From assembly GCA_038243585.1 (NCBI GenBank), contig JBBSQY010000001.1, positions 32,001-96,000 of the forward strand: a DNA stretch of 64,000 nucleotides, given 5' to 3'. Below, piece by piece: positions 60,247-64,000 of the stretch. The notes below the pieces were generated by a model, which was not told the DNA's origin, did not search any database, and saw only the letters and a list, made by a program, of their open reading frames with translations. Source of the DNA: Candidatus Sumerlaeales bacterium (lineage in GTDB: Bacteria; Sumerlaeota; Sumerlaeia; Sumerlaeales; Sumerlaeaceae). The first letter of the stretch is position 1, and each line of letters starts with the position of its first letter. Position numbers and translations under genes: made by a program.

Positions 60247-60888
60247 TCACCGCCGATGTTTCAATCCTTCGCGGACCAATTCCGCGGTGGTCGCTTCCGC
60301 ACCGAGTATGTCAGACGCAGTGCGCACCGCTCGTTCGGCGGTTATGGGCTTGCAGCCGAGAGCGATAAGCGCTTCGACGGCCTCGCTTTTCTCATTTGTC
60401 ATTGGGCCCGTGGCGTACCCACCGGCTCCCGGTTCTCCATCTGCGCCCGACTGTCCGTCAGTGCTTCGCGGAGCCTCAAATACCATGTCCTTTAGCTTGT
60501 CCTTGAGTTCAAGCGAAAGGCGTTCTGCCGTCTTTTTTCCAATGCCCGGAATTCGCGTAAGGGTTTTAAGGTCCCCCTGCAATATGGCCCGTACGAATGT
60601 CGGCATCTCGATATTAGATAGAATGGCCACGGCCGTGCGAGGGCCTATCCCGCTGGTGTTCAGGAATATCTCAAATACTTCCCTCTCCTGCCGGCTTGCA
60701 AACCCGTACAGACGCAGCACTGCCTCTTGAACATAAAGGAACACGTGCAGTTCGCCGGTCTGGCCAATCTCAGGAAGCGACGTGGCCGCGGCAGCGGTTA
60801 TTTCAAGGCCATAGCCCACGCCGTTGACGTCAAGCACGACTCGTCCGCCGGATAGGCTGATCACTGTCCCACGCAGGTACTCAATCAT
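60247..60888 (-). CDS. ruvA: Holliday junction branch migration protein RuvA
   Basis: DVNGVGY, LYGF, SGIGP, IPGIGKKTAERL, ALIALG. Confidence 0.96.
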   Translation of the reverse strand: MIEYLRGTVISLSGGRVVLDVNGVGYGLEITAAAATSLPEIGQTGELHVFLYVQEAVLRLYGFASRQEREVFEIFLNTSGIGPRTAVAILSNIEMPTFVRAILQGDLKTLTRIPGIGKKTAERLSLELKDKLKDMVFEAPRSTDGQSGADGEPGAGGYATGPMTNEKSEAVEALIALGCKPITAERAVRTASDILGAEATTAELVREGLKHRR

Positions 60889-60944
60889 TTCGGGCTCTGA
60901 AACCCACTATCTATTTTCAAGCTGCGCCTGCGCTCTTCATAATT

Positions 60945-62123
60945 TCAAGCCGCAGGGGTGGCAGCTTCCGCAACCGGCTGAGCAACTACTGGAAACAGCG
61001 ATTCAATCCAAGCCTTCAAGCCAGCCAGTTCCAGGTCAATTATCACAGTCATGCCCCTTGCGGCCGCTGTGCCCTTTAGCTTAAACATTGTCGCTGCGTC
61101 GTCGCTGGAGAGTCTAGGCAACACCTCTGTAAACATTGCGGCCAGTTTGACCGCCGCATCCGCGCTGGGGCAATACAAGGTCAGTTGGCCGTTTACCACG
61201 TCTGCCGATACAAGGTCCGCAGTCAGTTTCATTCCCGAGATATCCGAAAACGTCAACTGCTTCGCGGCAAGGGATGCCGCAACACGGTCTGAAATCCCGG
61301 AGATACCCACAAAATCCTCGAACACAAATATCATGTTCGTAATACGGCTCTCCTCGTTGACCAGGGCGACAGCCAGTTCTTCACCCTCCGGCGGCTCGTC
61401 CAGGGCAAGCTGATCGACGAACCATTGCAAGTCATCAGACGGCGTTTCGCTGCGACCCACTTCTTTGGCGTAGGCAACGCCTTTCGTCATTAGCTTCTGA
61501 CTATCAGAAATAATGATTTCGGTCGGATCCAGAGACAACACGGTTGATGTGCCGGTTTCAGACACGTGTAGGGGGTAGATTTCCGCTACGCCCGACGTGC
61601 TTACCGGTTCCTTAGCAATATTTTCTTTGATAAACTGCCGCACGAGCATCCACGCCATCCGGTTTTTCAGCGGTGCGGATATGAGCACGCTTTCGTCCGC
61701 GGTCTCAGGATTATACTTCGTGTACATCAGGACTTCCGGCTGGATAATCTGAGATAGCAGGTTCTTGGAATACTTAACGAGAACTCCCACAACTTTGGCC
61801 CTGCCGGAATCCGCCTCTGAGCTTGTAGCCACGGGCTCGGATTCCGACCCTGACGACTTTTCAATACGCTGGGCAAAAAACTTAATAAATTCTTCAGATC
61901 CTTTATCATCGGGGTTTATCCGCAATATTCCAAAACCGTCCATCTCAGGATCAATCATTGAATAGCGAGCCACCTCTGGATGAGGCTTCAGGCCAAAATA
62001 AGAAAACACGGCTCCGGCGATGATCACAACAATCAGGATCATCACGCACCCGCAGGTACATCCCCAGCGCCGGCGCTTGCGGGTTGATTCATGGGCAGGA
62101 AAGTCATAACTCATGAGAACCAA
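60945..62123 (-). CDS. Membrane-anchored hypothetical protein
   Basis: RKRRRWGCTCGC followed by TM helix and acidic soluble domain. Confidence 0.75.
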   Translation of the reverse strand: MVLMSYDFPAHESTRKRRRWGCTCGCVMILIVVIIAGAVFSYFGLKPHPEVARYSMIDPEMDGFGILRINPDDKGSEEFIKFFAQRIEKSSGSESEPVATSSEADSGRAKVVGVLVKYSKNLLSQIIQPEVLMYTKYNPETADESVLISAPLKNRMAWMLVRQFIKENIAKEPVSTSGVAEIYPLHVSETGTSTVLSLDPTEIIISDSQKLMTKGVAYAKEVGRSETPSDDLQWFVDQLALDEPPEGEELAVALVNEESRITNMIFVFEDFVGISGISDRVAASLAAKQLTFSDISGMKLTADLVSADVVNGQLTLYCPSADAAVKLAAMFTEVLPRLSSDDAATMFKLKGTAAARGMTVIIDLELAGLKAWIESLFPVVAQPVAEAATPAA

Positions 62124-62224
62124 ATCTGGAGACCACGATCAGGCAGTAAAGAGGAATCTGCATTGAGAAGAAAAAAGGGTGCATTGACCACAATTATTAT
62201 ATGCTGCCTACGTCAGCGTATAAC

Positions 62225-62254
62225 AAAAAAAGGCGGTGTCCGAAGACACCGCCT
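62225..62254 (-). terminator. Rho-independent terminator
   Basis: AGGCGGTGTC-TTCG-GACACCGCCT + T-run on minus strand. Confidence 0.9.
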
Positions 62255-62285
62255 GATTGGAATTTCAAATGAACAACAACTGGAG

Positions 62286-62969
62286 TTACTTGGTGCGGTA
62301 AGTGTCACCGGTAGAAGCTGTTCCATTAGTTGCATCATACGTGTAGGATTCTGAGCCACTTGGCGTACCAGCTCCACCAGTCGGAGCTGTTCCGACAGTT
62401 GGACCAGTGATCAGGAACGAAGACGGCAATGATTGGCTTCCACGAACGAAGGATTCAGCAGATTTACCCTGGTCAAGCTGATCTTTGGTGTCTGGGCCTG
62501 GGCTCCAGATAAGAAAACCAGCAGGGCCTGATGCGTAGCTGAAAGTTGCCTGCTTAATCTGTCCAAATGTGTCCGGAACATAAGTATTTAGATATGACAC
62601 AGGAGTCGTCAGACTGATTGGCGGAACTGTACCGGCAGCATTTTTCTTAGCAAAGCTAGGAAGGGTCGTATACGGATTTGGACTTGGGACCGGGTTTTGC
62701 AAAGCGGCTATAGCTGAGTTATAAGACTCAGAAACACCAGCTGGAGCTACGTATCCTGCGGCAGCGGTGAAAGGATAGTGCAGCGGATAAGTGCTGTTAT
62801 CAATCTGATACGTTTCCAACGCCGTAGCATAGGTTCTCTGATCGCTCAGCACGCGTGCGATTTTCGCGCGGGTCTGGGCCTCCAGGAAGTTTGGTACTGC
62901 TATGGCTGCCAGAATCGCGATGATTGCCACCACGATTAGGAGCTCAATGAGCGTGAATGCTTTTTTCAA
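62286..62969 (-). CDS. Prepilin-type N-terminal cleavage/methylation domain protein
   Basis: A|FTLIELLIVVAIIAILAAIAVPNFLEAQTRAK; WSPGPD...YDATNGTASTGD; AAGGAGG RBS. Confidence 0.9.
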   Translation of the reverse strand: MKKAFTLIELLIVVAIIAILAAIAVPNFLEAQTRAKIARVLSDQRTYATALETYQIDNSTYPLHYPFTAAAGYVAPAGVSESYNSAIAALQNPVPSPNPYTTLPSFAKKNAAGTVPPISLTTPVSYLNTYVPDTFGQIKQATFSYASGPAGFLIWSPGPDTKDQLDQGKSAESFVRGSQSLPSSFLITGPTVGTAPTGGAGTPSGSESYTYDATNGTASTGDTYRTK

Positions 62970-63085
62970 TTTAATTCCCTCCTTCCACTGGGAAGATATC
63001 TAATTTATTAGAGTCGCCCGTGGTTACATATATATTTTGAATTACGAATACGTTCCGCTCTTTAACCGTGTCAATGAGAAAAAAA

Positions 63086-63277
63086 TCATATCAGGCTAAA
63101 AAAGAAAACCACCACGGCCAGGGCAGCCAGAACGCCAAGAAGCCGCATAAACCTGTATAACATCGACCGGACCAGCTTTTTGCCGTCGGCATGGACCTCC
63201 ACAGCCATAGTATATACCGAACAAACCACCAACGACAAAAAAATGAGGGACGGCAGAAAAATGAGGCCTGACATCAT
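63086..63277 (-). CDS. Small two-TM membrane protein
   Basis: 63 aa, two hydrophobic segments, translationally coupled to upstream gene. Confidence 0.65.
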   Translation of the reverse strand: MMSGLIFLPSLIFLSLVVCSVYTMAVEVHADGKKLVRSMLYRFMRLLGVLAALAVVVFFFSLI

Positions 63278-63759
63278 GCGTGTTTTTCCTCTCGAGCCGG
63301 GACTACAAGGGGGTCAGCGTCTTCGGAATAGAAATTATCCCAGGTTCCGATCATCACAAAATAGTTCATTCCGCCGCTGACCAGTAGATAAAAAGCTCCC
63401 AGATCCGCCCATGTCGCAGATTCTTCGTACGGCAACACTGCGCCGGACGGTCCCGTTAATTCCGGTAGCATACTGAGCAGGCCCAGCCCGCCATTGAACA
63501 TCTGGGTCATGAAGGTAAGGATATTTACAAGATTAAAGCCGGGGCTCCGGAAGTTAAACTCTGGCACCAGAACGGTGCCGCGCAGCCACGCCCCCAGCAG
63601 AAACGTAACCTGGAGGATGACAAAGAAAAAGATTCCTCGCCCGACAAAACCGTTCCGCATGAACCCGTACCCGGGGATAAGCCAGCTAAGCAACATAGGC
63701 CAAAATGCGGATTTCTTCTTTCGGGCGTAACTGCGGGTTTTGTAGGTAGGGGTGCTCAT
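63274..63759 (-). CDS. Membrane protein (DUF6677-like)
   Basis: LSWLIPGYG...RGIFFF and YLLVSGGMN pattern. Confidence 0.7.
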   Translation of the reverse strand: MSTPTYKTRSYARKKKSAFWPMLLSWLIPGYGFMRNGFVGRGIFFFVILQVTFLLGAWLRGTVLVPEFNFRSPGFNLVNILTFMTQMFNGGLGLLSMLPELTGPSGAVLPYEESATWADLGAFYLLVSGGMNYFVMIGTWDNFYSEDADPLVVPAREEKHA

Positions 63760-64000
63760 TTGAATTAGGGATTCTCCTGTGACGAAACTGGTACAGTTCT
63801 AAAGGGGAAATAAATTCTCATGGGACCGTCATGGCCCAGACAGATAAAGAGCAACTAACAACAACGGTTTTTCATCCCGGTGCAATGCGGCTTGGAAAAC
63901 TGAGGTGGCGTAATTACGGGTTTCTCCTCTTGCATCGCGCGCGGACGATCACCCACCGTTGATTATGATTACAATAAGACGCTTAAAGCTCTCCAACCAT

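Overview
Chromosomal window (roughly 55% GC by eye) of a Gram-negative bacterium; the expanded 'FTLIELLIVVAIIAILAAIAVPNFLEAQ' pilin-like genes suggest Candidatus Sumerlaeota/BRC1 (inference). It holds housekeeping genes (rsgA, yraN, nfo, obgE, hpt, ruvA, tRNA-Ser(GGA), ADP-heptose/LPS genes, cardiolipin synthase, an L,D-transpeptidase) and glycan-use genes (two Tat Gfo/Idh/MocA oxidoreductases plus a HEAT-DUF1080x2 protein, GH84, heparinase II/III). It also holds a Balon-like/HPF ribosome-hibernation pair, a DUF1800/DUF1501 pair, and a small inverted-repeat-bounded toxin-antitoxin cassette. Most striking: five unrelated exported proteins end in the same ~10-residue tail, x-x-[VIA]-x-[DEGA]-W-x-[LMS]-[YF]-x(1-2)-stop, with no TM helix. 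This is a candidate lineage-specific C-terminal sorting or anchoring signal, and one tagged gene is divergently paired with a variable pilin-like gene. Other oddities are a PAP2-APH fusion with both active sites degenerate, an M23 peptidase with apparently triply nested domains, a decaying tandem duplicate of a fibre/C1q-like gene, several REP-like repeat families and a sharp local strand-skew switch near 32.9 kb. All family assignments come from motif recognition by eye; no database searches were run.
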